Shown: positions 8,848-17,353 of the stretch, piece after piece
Numbering within the stretch: the first letter of the stretch is position 1
How the letters are laid out: each line of letters opens with the position of its first letter
Assembly (NCBI GenBank): GCA_031414535.1
Contig: JANNVQ010000049.1
Location: forward strand, 64,001-128,000
DNA from: Gemmatimonas sp.
Lineage (GTDB): Bacteria; Gemmatimonadota; Gemmatimonadetes; Gemmatimonadales; Gemmatimonadaceae
Direction of reading: 5' to 3'
Length of the DNA: 64,000 nucleotides
Notes under the pieces: model-generated
The model's database searches: none
Seen by the model: only the letters and a program-made list of their open reading frames with translations
What the model was told of the DNA's origin: nothing
Made by a program: the position numbers and the translations under genes

Positions 8848-9248
8848 AGGTCTTCCTCGATACGAACGTCTTAATCAGCGCTTTCGCGGCACGAGGGCTC
8901 TGCGCAGACCTGATGCGGCTCCTGCTCGCGGAGCACGAGGTACTGACGGGCGAGGTGAATCTGATTGAACTGCGCCGCGTGCTGGTGGACAGGTTCAAAG
9001 CACCGCCTACGCAGGTGCGTCTCGTAGAAGATCTTCTTCGCGACCAAACAATCGTTGCCAAACCCGAGGCTCCACTTCTTCTGAAGGTTCGAGACGCCGA
9101 CGATGCTTGGGTGCTCGCATCAGCGGTAGCGGGTGAAGCCCGTATGCTGGTGACTGGCGATCAAGATCTGCTCGTGCTGGCAGAGCGTGCACCGGTCCCA
9201 TTTCTCACACCTCGCCAAGCCTGGGAGCAGTTGCGCGGCGTCCGGTAG
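8844..9248 (+). CDS. PIN-domain toxin (VapC-like)
   Basis: VFLDTNVLISA...RDADDAWVL...LVTGDQDLL; GTGA overlap with antitoxin. Confidence 0.9.
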   Translation: MKVFLDTNVLISAFAARGLCADLMRLLLAEHEVLTGEVNLIELRRVLVDRFKAPPTQVRLVEDLLRDQTIVAKPEAPLLLKVRDADDAWVLASAVAGEARMLVTGDQDLLVLAERAPVPFLTPRQAWEQLRGVR

Positions 9249-9274
9249 AGATGTTTGTCTGATTCCCGCTTTTT

Positions 9275-9342
9275 GTAACTTAAAGATTACTATTGACAAT
9301 GTGAATTTAAAGTCACATTTTACTTTGTAAGCTTTAAGTTAC
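9275..9342. promoter_or_regulatory. hipBA promoter with three 16-bp palindromic operators
   Basis: GTAACTTAAAGATTAC (9275), GTGAATTTAAAGTCAC (9301), GTAAGCTTTAAGTTAC (9327); TTGACA at 9293-9298. Confidence 0.8.
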
Positions 9343-9354
9343 CAAGGAGCAGCC

Positions 9355-9618
9355 GTGAGGGTGGCCAACAAACGAGAGATGGGCATCGCGCTCAAAGACC
9401 TGCGCCGGCGCAAAAAGCTGACCCAAGCCGCACTCGCCGAGCACTTGGGCGTGAGCCGGCGCTGGGTCAACCAGGTGGAGCAGGCCAAGACCAACGCTGA
9501 CGTATACACAGTGCTGCGCGCCCTCAAGTTCCTCGGCGCCGAGCTGGCCGTGCTACCGCGCGAGGAGCAGGTAGAAACCGGAGTGCTCGAGTCCGTACTT
9601 CGCGGGAAGCGCCCGTGA
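9355..9618 (+). CDS. hipB: HipB-like HTH antitoxin
   Basis: XRE HTH LTQAALAEHLGVSRRWVNQVE; SD AAGGAG; GTGA overlap with hipA. Confidence 0.85.
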   Translation: MRVANKREMGIALKDLRRRKKLTQAALAEHLGVSRRWVNQVEQAKTNADVYTVLRALKFLGAELAVLPREEQVETGVLESVLRGKRP

Positions 9619-10928
9619 GCGAGCCGATTCTCTCGGTGGTGATGTACGACGCCCACGTCGCCGACATCTATGCTGATGCGGGAGATCGCATCGAGCTGCG
9701 CTACACCGAGGCGTGGCGCGCGAGCGAGAAGGCAATGCCCATCTCGCTCTCGATGCCGCTCGGCGCCGCATCTCACGAGAACAAGATCCTGCGCGCGTTT
9801 CTTTGGGGACTGCTACCCGACAACACGGAGACGCTTCGACACTTCGGAACAATCTTCGGCGTGTCGCCACGAAACCCCGTGGCCCTGCTCACGCATATGG
9901 GCGAGGACTGCGCAGGCGCGCTGCAATTCGTGTCGCCCGAGCGGCTGAGCGAGTTCGTAGGCAAAGCGCAGACAACGCTGGAGCTTGAGCGGATTGGAGA
10001 AGCGGAGATCGCAAGCGATCTGCGCCGCGTGCGCCGCAATGGCGTCGCTGTGCTCGACCGACAGTCGCCCGGACGCTTTAGCCTCTCAGGCGCGCAACCG
10101 AAGACTGCGCTCTTCCGCGACGCCGAAGGCTGGGGCCGTGCAATGGGCCGCACTCCCACGACGCACATCCTGAAGCCGCCAGCGAACGGCTTCGAGGGGT
10201 TCGCCGAGAACGAGCATTTCTGTTTGGCATTGGCATCTGCACTCGGGCTTCACGCAGCCAAGAGCGAGGTGCGACGCTTCGAAGACGAGTTGGCGATTAT
10301 CGTCGAGCGCTACGATCGACGCTGGGTGGGAGCCGTACCAACGCGTGTGCATCAAGAGGACAGCTGCCAAGCACTCGCAGTAGCGCCCGAGAAGAAGTAC
10401 GAAAGCGATGGTGGACCTGGCGTGCGAGCAATCGCGGAGTTGCTGCTTGAATCGTCGAGCGAGCCGTCCACAGACACGCGGCGATTTCTCGATGCGCTCA
10501 CTCTCAACTGGGCATTGGCCGCGACGGATGCGCACGCCAAGAACTATTCCGTACTTTTGGACGCGGGAAGAGAGGTGCGATTGGCGCCACTCTATGACCT
10601 CGCCAGCTATCTCCCCTACGACAGCGGAGATTTGCACCGGGTGAAGCTGGCCATGCGCGTCGGGCGGGAGTACCGCGCCCGCAAGGTGACTCGGGCAGAC
10701 TGGATCTCGCTCGCGGGAAACCTGCGAGTACCGAAGGACGAGGCACTGGCAAGACTTGCGAGCCTGCTTGAGCAGATTCCCGATGCCGCGGGCAAGGTCG
10801 CCGGGACCTGTGTGGCGGAGGGCCTTCCCCAGCAGTTTGTGGATGTTTTGCGAGACAAGGTGCAGGCCAACGCCGCGCGCTGCCTCCAAACGCTGAATGC
10901 CTCGTCCGAGCCGACGGACGCCGCATAG
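9615..10928 (+). CDS. hipA: HipA Ser/Thr kinase toxin
   Basis: ISLSMPL, GLLPDN, GEDCAGA, SLSGAQPK, HILKP, ERYDR, HQED, DAHAKNYS, LAPLYD. Confidence 0.95.
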   Translation: MSEPILSVVMYDAHVADIYADAGDRIELRYTEAWRASEKAMPISLSMPLGAASHENKILRAFLWGLLPDNTETLRHFGTIFGVSPRNPVALLTHMGEDCAGALQFVSPERLSEFVGKAQTTLELERIGEAEIASDLRRVRRNGVAVLDRQSPGRFSLSGAQPKTALFRDAEGWGRAMGRTPTTHILKPPANGFEGFAENEHFCLALASALGLHAAKSEVRRFEDELAIIVERYDRRWVGAVPTRVHQEDSCQALAVAPEKKYESDGGPGVRAIAELLLESSSEPSTDTRRFLDALTLNWALAATDAHAKNYSVLLDAGREVRLAPLYDLASYLPYDSGDLHRVKLAMRVGREYRARKVTRADWISLAGNLRVPKDEALARLASLLEQIPDAAGKVAGTCVAEGLPQQFVDVLRDKVQANAARCLQTLNASSEPTDAA

Positions 10929-10989
10929 CGGTCCCGCCCTCTGGCGCGTAACCTTCGCGGACCCTCCTCCCACTCGGAGTTTTCGCGTC

Positions 10990-12534
10990 GTGCTCCTCGC
11001 CCGCCCGCTCACCGCTCTCGCCGCGGCTCTGCTCCTCGCCGCCCCCATCGCACTCGACGCCCAGGCAGCCGCCAGCGGCGCTAGCCCCACCACGGCGCGC
11101 CACAACGTGCGCACCCGCTCGCTGGCCATCCGCAACGCCACTATCGTGGATGGCAACGGCACGCCCGCGCGCGGTCCGGCCGACATCCTGATCGTGAACG
11201 ACACAATCGCCCAAATCGTCTGGTTGGATCCAGTCGCCCTGCGCGCCGGTCGCGCACGACGCCCGCAGGCGGACGCCGAGATTGATGCCACGGGAAAGTT
11301 CGTGCTCCCGGGCCTCATCAATGCCCACGCGCATCTGCAGCACGAACGCGCGGCCTATCCGCAACCATACGAGTACACGCTCAAGCTCTGGCTGGCTTCG
11401 GGCATCACGAGCTTCCGCGAAGTGGGAACGGACTCAACCGCAGGCCTACTCGCCGTGCGAGCCGCCGAGCGTGCGGGGACGCTGGTGTCGCCACGCGCGT
11501 ATGCTTACTTAAGATTTGGCGGCGCTCGCACGCCCGAACAAGCGCGTGGCCGCGTGCGCATGCTGCAGGCACAAGGCGCCGATGGCATCAAGATCACCGG
11601 CCTCGATCGCGACATCTTGATGGCGATGCTGGATGAAGCCAAGAAGGTCGGGCTTCGTGTGGCACATCACGTGGGCGTGGAAGAAACCAACGTCTGGGAC
11701 GACATCGCCGGCGGCACGAATAGCATCGAGCACTGGTACGGCATTCCCGACGCGGCCATTCGCACCAAGCGCCAGAACTTTCCGAGCGATTACAACTACA
11801 ACGACGAGACCGATCGCTTCCGTTGGGCCGGTCGCCTCTGGCGTGAAGCTGACCCGGCACTGCTCGACACCGTATTGATGGCGATGGTGCGTGCCAACGT
11901 GGGTTGGGTGCCGACGCTCGACATCTACGAAGCCTCACGCGACCTGCAGCGCGCCCAGACGCAGCCTTGGTTCCGCGACTATCTGCACCCGGCGCTTGAG
12001 GAATACTTCAAGCCCGACCCGGCCAATCACGGCAGCTACTTCGTTGGATGGTCCAGCACCGACGAGACCTTCTGGAAGGAGAACTACCAGATCTGGTTTC
12101 GCGCCATGCGCCGCTTTGAAGAGCTCGGCGGCACGCTAGCCTGTGGGGATGACGCAGGGTTCATCTACCAGTTGTATGGCTTTGGCTTGATTCGCGAGAT
12201 GGAGCTGCATCAGGAAGCGGGCTTCCACCCCGCGAAGGTGATTGAGCATTGCACGGGCAACGCGGCGCGCTTGATGGGCGAGCAGAACCGACTTGGCCGT
12301 GTGCGCGCGGGATGGCTCGCGGATCTCATCGTGGTTGACGGAAATCCGCTCGAAGACTTTAAGGTTTTGTATCCCGGCGGGACTACGCGCATCGTGGACG
12401 GTGTGTCGCAGCCCACGCTTGGGGTGGAGTGGACGGTGAAGGGTGGGCTGCCGTATCACGGACCGACGCTCATGCGTGAGGTGAAGGCGATGGTTGAGAC
12501 GGCGCGAAGAGCGAGGAGCGAACAGCGAAATTGA
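10990..12534 (+). CDS. Secreted amidohydrolase-family protein
   Basis: Signal peptide, IDATGKFVLPGLINAHAH, ADLIVVDGNPL; start inferred from GGAG. Confidence 0.85.
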   Translation: MLLARPLTALAAALLLAAPIALDAQAAASGASPTTARHNVRTRSLAIRNATIVDGNGTPARGPADILIVNDTIAQIVWLDPVALRAGRARRPQADAEIDATGKFVLPGLINAHAHLQHERAAYPQPYEYTLKLWLASGITSFREVGTDSTAGLLAVRAAERAGTLVSPRAYAYLRFGGARTPEQARGRVRMLQAQGADGIKITGLDRDILMAMLDEAKKVGLRVAHHVGVEETNVWDDIAGGTNSIEHWYGIPDAAIRTKRQNFPSDYNYNDETDRFRWAGRLWREADPALLDTVLMAMVRANVGWVPTLDIYEASRDLQRAQTQPWFRDYLHPALEEYFKPDPANHGSYFVGWSSTDETFWKENYQIWFRAMRRFEELGGTLACGDDAGFIYQLYGFGLIREMELHQEAGFHPAKVIEHCTGNAARLMGEQNRLGRVRAGWLADLIVVDGNPLEDFKVLYPGGTTRIVDGVSQPTLGVEWTVKGGLPYHGPTLMREVKAMVETARRARSEQRN

Positions 12535-12710
12535 AGAGCGAAGTAGTGAAGAGCGAGGGATGAAGGACAGAAGGGATGAAGGGGAAGACTTCAATCTTGT
12601 TGGGCTAACACTCAAACAGTACTGCTGACGATGCGTTCATACCTTGGGGCCTTGAAGTTTCCGATTCGCTTTTCGTTTTTCTCGATCGCTTTTTGCTCTT
12701 CGCTCTTTGC
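12504..12710. repeat. Composite GAAGAGC/GCTCTTC repeat hairpin, left of the S9 peptidase
   Basis: Purine arm 12504-12590 and pyrimidine arm 12665-12710 pair, with several G-U pairs on the + transcript. Confidence 0.75.
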
Positions 12711-15033
12711 CCAGGCTCTGCCGCTGAGACAGTCTCAACTGGATGCGAGTGCGCGCGATGCAAACTTTAGAGTGCATCTGGACTCAACGGTGAATGCTCG
12801 CTGGCTGGGCGGTGGTGTGTCTGCCCCGCGTTGGAGTCCTGATGCGCAGTGGGCGTACTTTCAGTATGCCACTTCGCCGTCTCCCGTAATGGAAGGGATG
12901 CAGCCGGATGATCCCTGGTGGCGCGTGTCTCGCGATGGGCGACGTGTGGAGACCGTCACGCGTGAGGCGGCGTTGGAGATTCCCGTGCAGATGCGGCATA
13001 CGAGGGATGCGCGGCGGGCGGTTTGGTTTCATCGCGGATCGCTTTCCTATTGGAAGCGTGGTGCGGCTACGCGCGTGCTTCTGCAGCGCGTGACGGCGAT
13101 CAATCCGCAGTGGACTCCCGATGAGCGCGCGGTGCGATGGATTGAGGGCAACGATCTCTGGGAAGTTGATCCCGAAATGGGGACCATCCGACAACTGACG
13201 CGCGCGATGCAGCGCGACTCTGCGCGCACTGATCGTCTGCGCGCGGAGCTGGTGCGCGAGCAGCTAGAGATTTTTGACTTTACCGCGGCCCAAAAGGCGG
13301 CGCGTGACTCGCTCTACCGCCGCCAGGTGACGGAGCGTTGGGCGCAGCCCATCACGGTGCCATTCCGCGAAGGGGAGACCATCTCCTTCCTCGAGGTGCC
13401 CTCCGGTGACAAGTACGCCACGTATGTGATCACGCCGCGTGTGACGCCCACGCAGACGACGTTCAGTGATTACGTAAACGATTCGGGCATCGTGGTGCAG
13501 CGTACCTCGCGCCCGAAGGTGGGCACGCCGGTACCGGTGCGCCGCGCGATGCTTGTGAAGGTGGATCCGCTCGCTACGCCAGATTCGGTGAAGGCAATCA
13601 CCGTTGAAGCAGACACCGCAAAGTTCGGCGGCAAGCGAGTGACCGTTGCGAGTACGCTCTGGAACGATCAGGGTACGCGCTTCGTGGTGGAGTTCCAGTC
13701 GCTGGACCACAAGGATCGTTGGTTTGTGCTCGTGAACCCAGCGGACGGCAAGCATGAGCGCGTGCTGCACCACATCCACGACGATGCTTGGTTCGGTGGC
13801 GCGGGCAATGCGATGGGGTGGTTGAATGCTTCGTGGGCCGAGTTTCTGCCGGATGGTGAGACGCTGGCCATCACGAGTGAGGAGACGGGCTGGGCGCATC
13901 TCTACCTTGTAGGTATGGACGGCAGCAAGCGTGCGCTCACGAGCGGCAACTGGGAGATTCGCAACATCTCGCGCTCCAACGATGGCACGAGCTGGTGGAT
14001 TCAGGCCGGCGTGGAGCATCCCAACGAGTTGCACCTCTACGAACTGCCGCTGCGCGGTGGCACGCTCACGCGTATCAATCCAGCGGGCGAAGGTGAGATG
14101 CAGCCTTCGCCGTCGCCGGATGGGCAGACGCTAGCCTACCGTTGGAACACGCCCACGGAGCTTAGCGATCTGTACCTAATGCCCCGCCGCGCTGGTGCAC
14201 AGGCCACACGCGTCACGCGTTCGGGCACGGACGCCTTCTATAGAATTGCCTGGCCGGAGAGTGAGTATATCTCATTCCCTGACGACCGCGGCCAGCCAGT
14301 GTTTGCCCGCGTGTACAAGCCGCTCACACAGATTGCCACGCGTCCGTCAGTGATGGAAATCCACGGCGCCGGCTACGCGCAGGGCGTGCACAAGACCTTT
14401 GCCAACTCCGGTGCGCACGGCGGCGCCCTTACCGCGCAGTACCTAGCCGCGCGCGGCGTCACCTACGTAGTGCTCGACTACCGTGGCAGCTCAGGCTACG
14501 GTCGCGACATGCGCACGGACATCTACCGCTCCATGGGCGACCGCGACGTGAAGTCGGCCGTAGCCGCGATTCCCGTACTCCAACAGCGCTACGGCGTGAA
14601 CCCGCAGAAGGTGGGCCTCTTCGGCTGCTCCTATGGCGGATTCTTTACGCTGATGGCGCTCTTTCAACATCCCGGTGTCTTCCAGGGCGGCGTGGCCCAA
14701 TGCTCCGTCACGGACTGGGCGCATTACAACCACGGCTACACGGCTCGCATCTTGAACGGCGCACCGGCAGACGACACCACCGCGTACCGCGTGAGCAGCC
14801 CGATCTACCACGCCGAGGGCCTGAAGGACCGCCTGATCCTCCAGCACGGCCTCGTGGACGGCAACGTGCAGTACCAAGACGCCGCCCGCCTCGTGCAGCG
14901 CATGATGGAACTCGGCAAGGACTTTGAGTTCGTCACCTACCCGATTGACGCACACGGCTGGACCACCCGCTGGGCTCGAATCGACTCTCAGCGGCGCGCC
15001 ATGCGTCTCTGGGAGGAGATACTGCTGAAGTAG
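12631..15033 (+). CDS. S9-family peptidase (DPP IV-like)
   Basis: Propeller repeats, DYRGSSGYG, GCSYGG, HGLVDGNV, catalytic His in DAHG. Confidence 0.9.
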   Translation: MRSYLGALKFPIRFSFFSIAFCSSLFAQALPLRQSQLDASARDANFRVHLDSTVNARWLGGGVSAPRWSPDAQWAYFQYATSPSPVMEGMQPDDPWWRVSRDGRRVETVTREAALEIPVQMRHTRDARRAVWFHRGSLSYWKRGAATRVLLQRVTAINPQWTPDERAVRWIEGNDLWEVDPEMGTIRQLTRAMQRDSARTDRLRAELVREQLEIFDFTAAQKAARDSLYRRQVTERWAQPITVPFREGETISFLEVPSGDKYATYVITPRVTPTQTTFSDYVNDSGIVVQRTSRPKVGTPVPVRRAMLVKVDPLATPDSVKAITVEADTAKFGGKRVTVASTLWNDQGTRFVVEFQSLDHKDRWFVLVNPADGKHERVLHHIHDDAWFGGAGNAMGWLNASWAEFLPDGETLAITSEETGWAHLYLVGMDGSKRALTSGNWEIRNISRSNDGTSWWIQAGVEHPNELHLYELPLRGGTLTRINPAGEGEMQPSPSPDGQTLAYRWNTPTELSDLYLMPRRAGAQATRVTRSGTDAFYRIAWPESEYISFPDDRGQPVFARVYKPLTQIATRPSVMEIHGAGYAQGVHKTFANSGAHGGALTAQYLAARGVTYVVLDYRGSSGYGRDMRTDIYRSMGDRDVKSAVAAIPVLQQRYGVNPQKVGLFGCSYGGFFTLMALFQHPGVFQGGVAQCSVTDWAHYNHGYTARILNGAPADDTTAYRVSSPIYHAEGLKDRLILQHGLVDGNVQYQDAARLVQRMMELGKDFEFVTYPIDAHGWTTRWARIDSQRRAMRLWEEILLK

Positions 15034-15192
15034 TGAAGAGCGAAGAGCGATATTGAAAAGCGAAGTATTCAATATCGAAGACCTAAAGGGACCAAGGTAG
15101 GAAATTGAAGCTTCCCCTTCGTACCTTGGTACCTTAACCACTCGCTCTTCACTACTTCGCTCTTCCGTTGTCGCTTTTCGCTCCTCGCTCCT
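15027..15192. repeat. Composite GAAGAGC/GCTCTTC repeat hairpin, right of the S9 peptidase
   Basis: 15141-15165 is the exact reverse complement of 12533-12557. Confidence 0.8.
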
Positions 15193-15200
15193 CTCCTCAC

Positions 15201-16082
15201 ATGACTTTCTCAAAAGACCTCCTCCTCAAGAAGTCCGCTCTCATCACTGGTGGCGGCACAGGACTCGGCCGCGCGATGGCTGAGCGATTCCTTCAGCTCG
15301 GCGCTACCGTCGTCATCTGCGGGCGCCGCGCGGAGGTGCTTGAACAAGCGGCAAAGGAGATGATGGCCGAGCACGGCGGCCGCGTCATTGCGATTCCCTG
15401 CGACGTGCGCGATCCGGCGGCGGTGGATGCGCTCGTGGAAAAGGCATGGGCTGAATGTGGCGGGCTCGACATTCTGGTGAACAACGCGGCGGGGAACATT
15501 GCCGCGCCAACCGAGAAGCTCTCGCACCGCGCGGTGGACTCCGTACTCGGCATCGTGTTGCATGGCTCGTTTTACTGCACACTGGCTCTCGGCAAGCGCT
15601 GGTTGGCTGAGAAGCGCCGCGGCAAGGTGCTGTCCATCGTCACGACCTATGCAGAGGGTGGCTCGGCGTACGTGGTGCCGAGTGCTGCGGCAAAGGCTGG
15701 TGTGCTCGCCATGACGCGTTCGCTGGCGGTGGAGTGGGGCGGTCGTGGGATCAGCTGCAACGCCATCGCGCCAGGACCATTTCCAACGAAGGGTGCTTGG
15801 GATCGCTTGTTGCCCGACCCTTCGATGCTCGACGCGGCGATTGATCGCATTCCATTGCGGCGGCCGGGCGAGCTCATTGAGCTCGCGGACCTTGCGGTGT
15901 TCCTTGTGAGCAATCTCTCCGACTACATCAACGGTGAGTGCATCACCATTGATGGCGGAGAGAAGCTGAAGGGCGCTGGCCAGTTCTCGTGGATGGGCTC
16001 GCTCACACCGGAGCAATGGGCCGCGCTAGAAAAGTCCGCACGAGGTACGACGGCCAAGGACAAGACTCAGATGGGCAACTGA
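15201..16082 (+). CDS. SDR oxidoreductase, 2,4-dienoyl-CoA reductase-like
   Basis: TGGGTGLG, NNAAGN, SAAAKAGV, NAIAPGP. Confidence 0.85.
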   Translation: MTFSKDLLLKKSALITGGGTGLGRAMAERFLQLGATVVICGRRAEVLEQAAKEMMAEHGGRVIAIPCDVRDPAAVDALVEKAWAECGGLDILVNNAAGNIAAPTEKLSHRAVDSVLGIVLHGSFYCTLALGKRWLAEKRRGKVLSIVTTYAEGGSAYVVPSAAAKAGVLAMTRSLAVEWGGRGISCNAIAPGPFPTKGAWDRLLPDPSMLDAAIDRIPLRRPGELIELADLAVFLVSNLSDYINGECITIDGGEKLKGAGQFSWMGSLTPEQWAALEKSARGTTAKDKTQMGN

Positions 16083-16096
16083 TCATCGCGGCGCGA

Positions 16097-16149
16097 AGCA
16101 TCCGTCATCCGCCATCCATCATCCGTCATCCGTCATTAGCAATCCGTCC
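16097..16149. repeat. (ATCCGTC)n heptamer array, about 7 degenerate units
   Basis: agcATCCGTC ATCCGCC ATCCATC ATCCGTC ATCCGTC ATTAGCA ATCCGTC directly before ATG 16151. Confidence 0.85.
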
Positions 16150-16150
16150 A

Positions 16151-17338
16151 ATGCTAACCTCCGAGTATCGCCGCTTCCTCGAAGAACACGCGTTTCCGCT
16201 CGAGCGCGAGTTTCTGAGCCGGCCGTTTCGCGACCTGCTGCCTCAGCTGAGTGAGCTTCGCGCGGAAGCGAAGCGCCGGAATCTCTGGGCTCCACATCTG
16301 CCCAAGTCCTTAGGCGGGCTCGGATTGTCCTTGCCGGAGTTCGCTGAGATCTCCGCTGTGCTCGGTGAATCGCCAATCGGCCACTATCTGTTCAATTGCA
16401 ATGCGCCGGATATTGGCAATCAGGAGTTGCTGCACACGCACGGCAGCGCTGAACAAAAGGCGCAGTGGTTTGAGCCCTTGGCGCGCGGTGAGATTCGCAG
16501 CTGCTTCGCGATGACGGAGCCGGAGTTTGCGGGCTCCAATCCCGTGTGGATGGCGACGACGGCTATTCGCGAAGGCGATGAGTATGTCATCAGTGGTCAC
16601 AAGTGGTTCACGTCTTCAGCGGATGGTGCAGCCTTTACCATCGTGATGGCCGTGACGGATGCCAGCGCGCCGCCGCACAAGCGGGCGAGTCAGATCATCG
16701 TGCCTATGAATGCCGCGGGTGTGATCTTCGTGCGCAATATCTCCGTGATGGGAGAAAGTGGCTCTGACTACCCGAGTCACGCTGAGCTGCGCTTTGAGAA
16801 CGTGCGCGTGCCGGTGACGAATCGCATTGGCGACGAGGGCGCAGGCTTTGCGCTTGCGCAAGAGCGGCTGGGGCCGGGTCGCATTCATCACTGCATGCGC
16901 TGGCTGGGCATCTCGGAGCGCGCGTTCCGCTTGATGGTGCAGCGTGCGGCTACGCGTGAGCTCTCACCCGGTGAACCACTGGGGATGCAGCAGACGGTGC
17001 AACATTGGATCGCCGAGTGCCGGGCGGAGATGGATGCGTCGCGCTTGCTCGTAATGGATGTGGCGCATCGCATTGAGCGCGATGGCGCGCATGCGGCCCG
17101 CGATGGCATTTCGCTTATCAAGTTCCATGTGGCCGGTGTGCTGCAGCGCGTGTTGGACCGCGCCATTCAAGTGCATGGAGCACTTGGCATGACCGATGAC
17201 ACACCGTTGGCCTACTGGTACCGGCACGAGCGGGGTGCGCGCATTTATGATGGGCCGGATGAGGTGCATAAGAGCGCGGTGGCGCGACGTATCTTGTCTG
17301 CTGCGGGTATGAAGGTGAAACCCAAACGGGACGGATGA
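16151..17338 (+). CDS. Acyl-CoA dehydrogenase (ACAD10/11-like)
   Basis: FNCNAPDIGN, SCFAMTEP, AQERLGPGRIHHCMR, RIYDGPDEVH. Confidence 0.9.
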   Translation: MLTSEYRRFLEEHAFPLEREFLSRPFRDLLPQLSELRAEAKRRNLWAPHLPKSLGGLGLSLPEFAEISAVLGESPIGHYLFNCNAPDIGNQELLHTHGSAEQKAQWFEPLARGEIRSCFAMTEPEFAGSNPVWMATTAIREGDEYVISGHKWFTSSADGAAFTIVMAVTDASAPPHKRASQIIVPMNAAGVIFVRNISVMGESGSDYPSHAELRFENVRVPVTNRIGDEGAGFALAQERLGPGRIHHCMRWLGISERAFRLMVQRAATRELSPGEPLGMQQTVQHWIAECRAEMDASRLLVMDVAHRIERDGAHAARDGISLIKFHVAGVLQRVLDRAIQVHGALGMTDDTPLAYWYRHERGARIYDGPDEVHKSAVARRILSAAGMKVKPKRDG

Positions 17339-17353
17339 CGGATGACGGATGCT
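17329..17353. repeat. (GACGGAT)3 arm supplying a stop and a start codon
   Basis: GGACGGATGACGGATGACGGATGCT contains TGA 17336-17338 and ATG 17342-17344. Confidence 0.85.

Noticed and set aside
7306..10928. Integron cassette array explaining the TA cluster
   Set aside because: No integrase, and I could not identify attC structures by eye; needs a dedicated search
10086..11364. Long minus-strand ORFs over hipA and the amidohydrolase
   Set aside because: Arg/Ala-rich antisense shadows of well-supported genes; the same applies to most nested ORFs in the track
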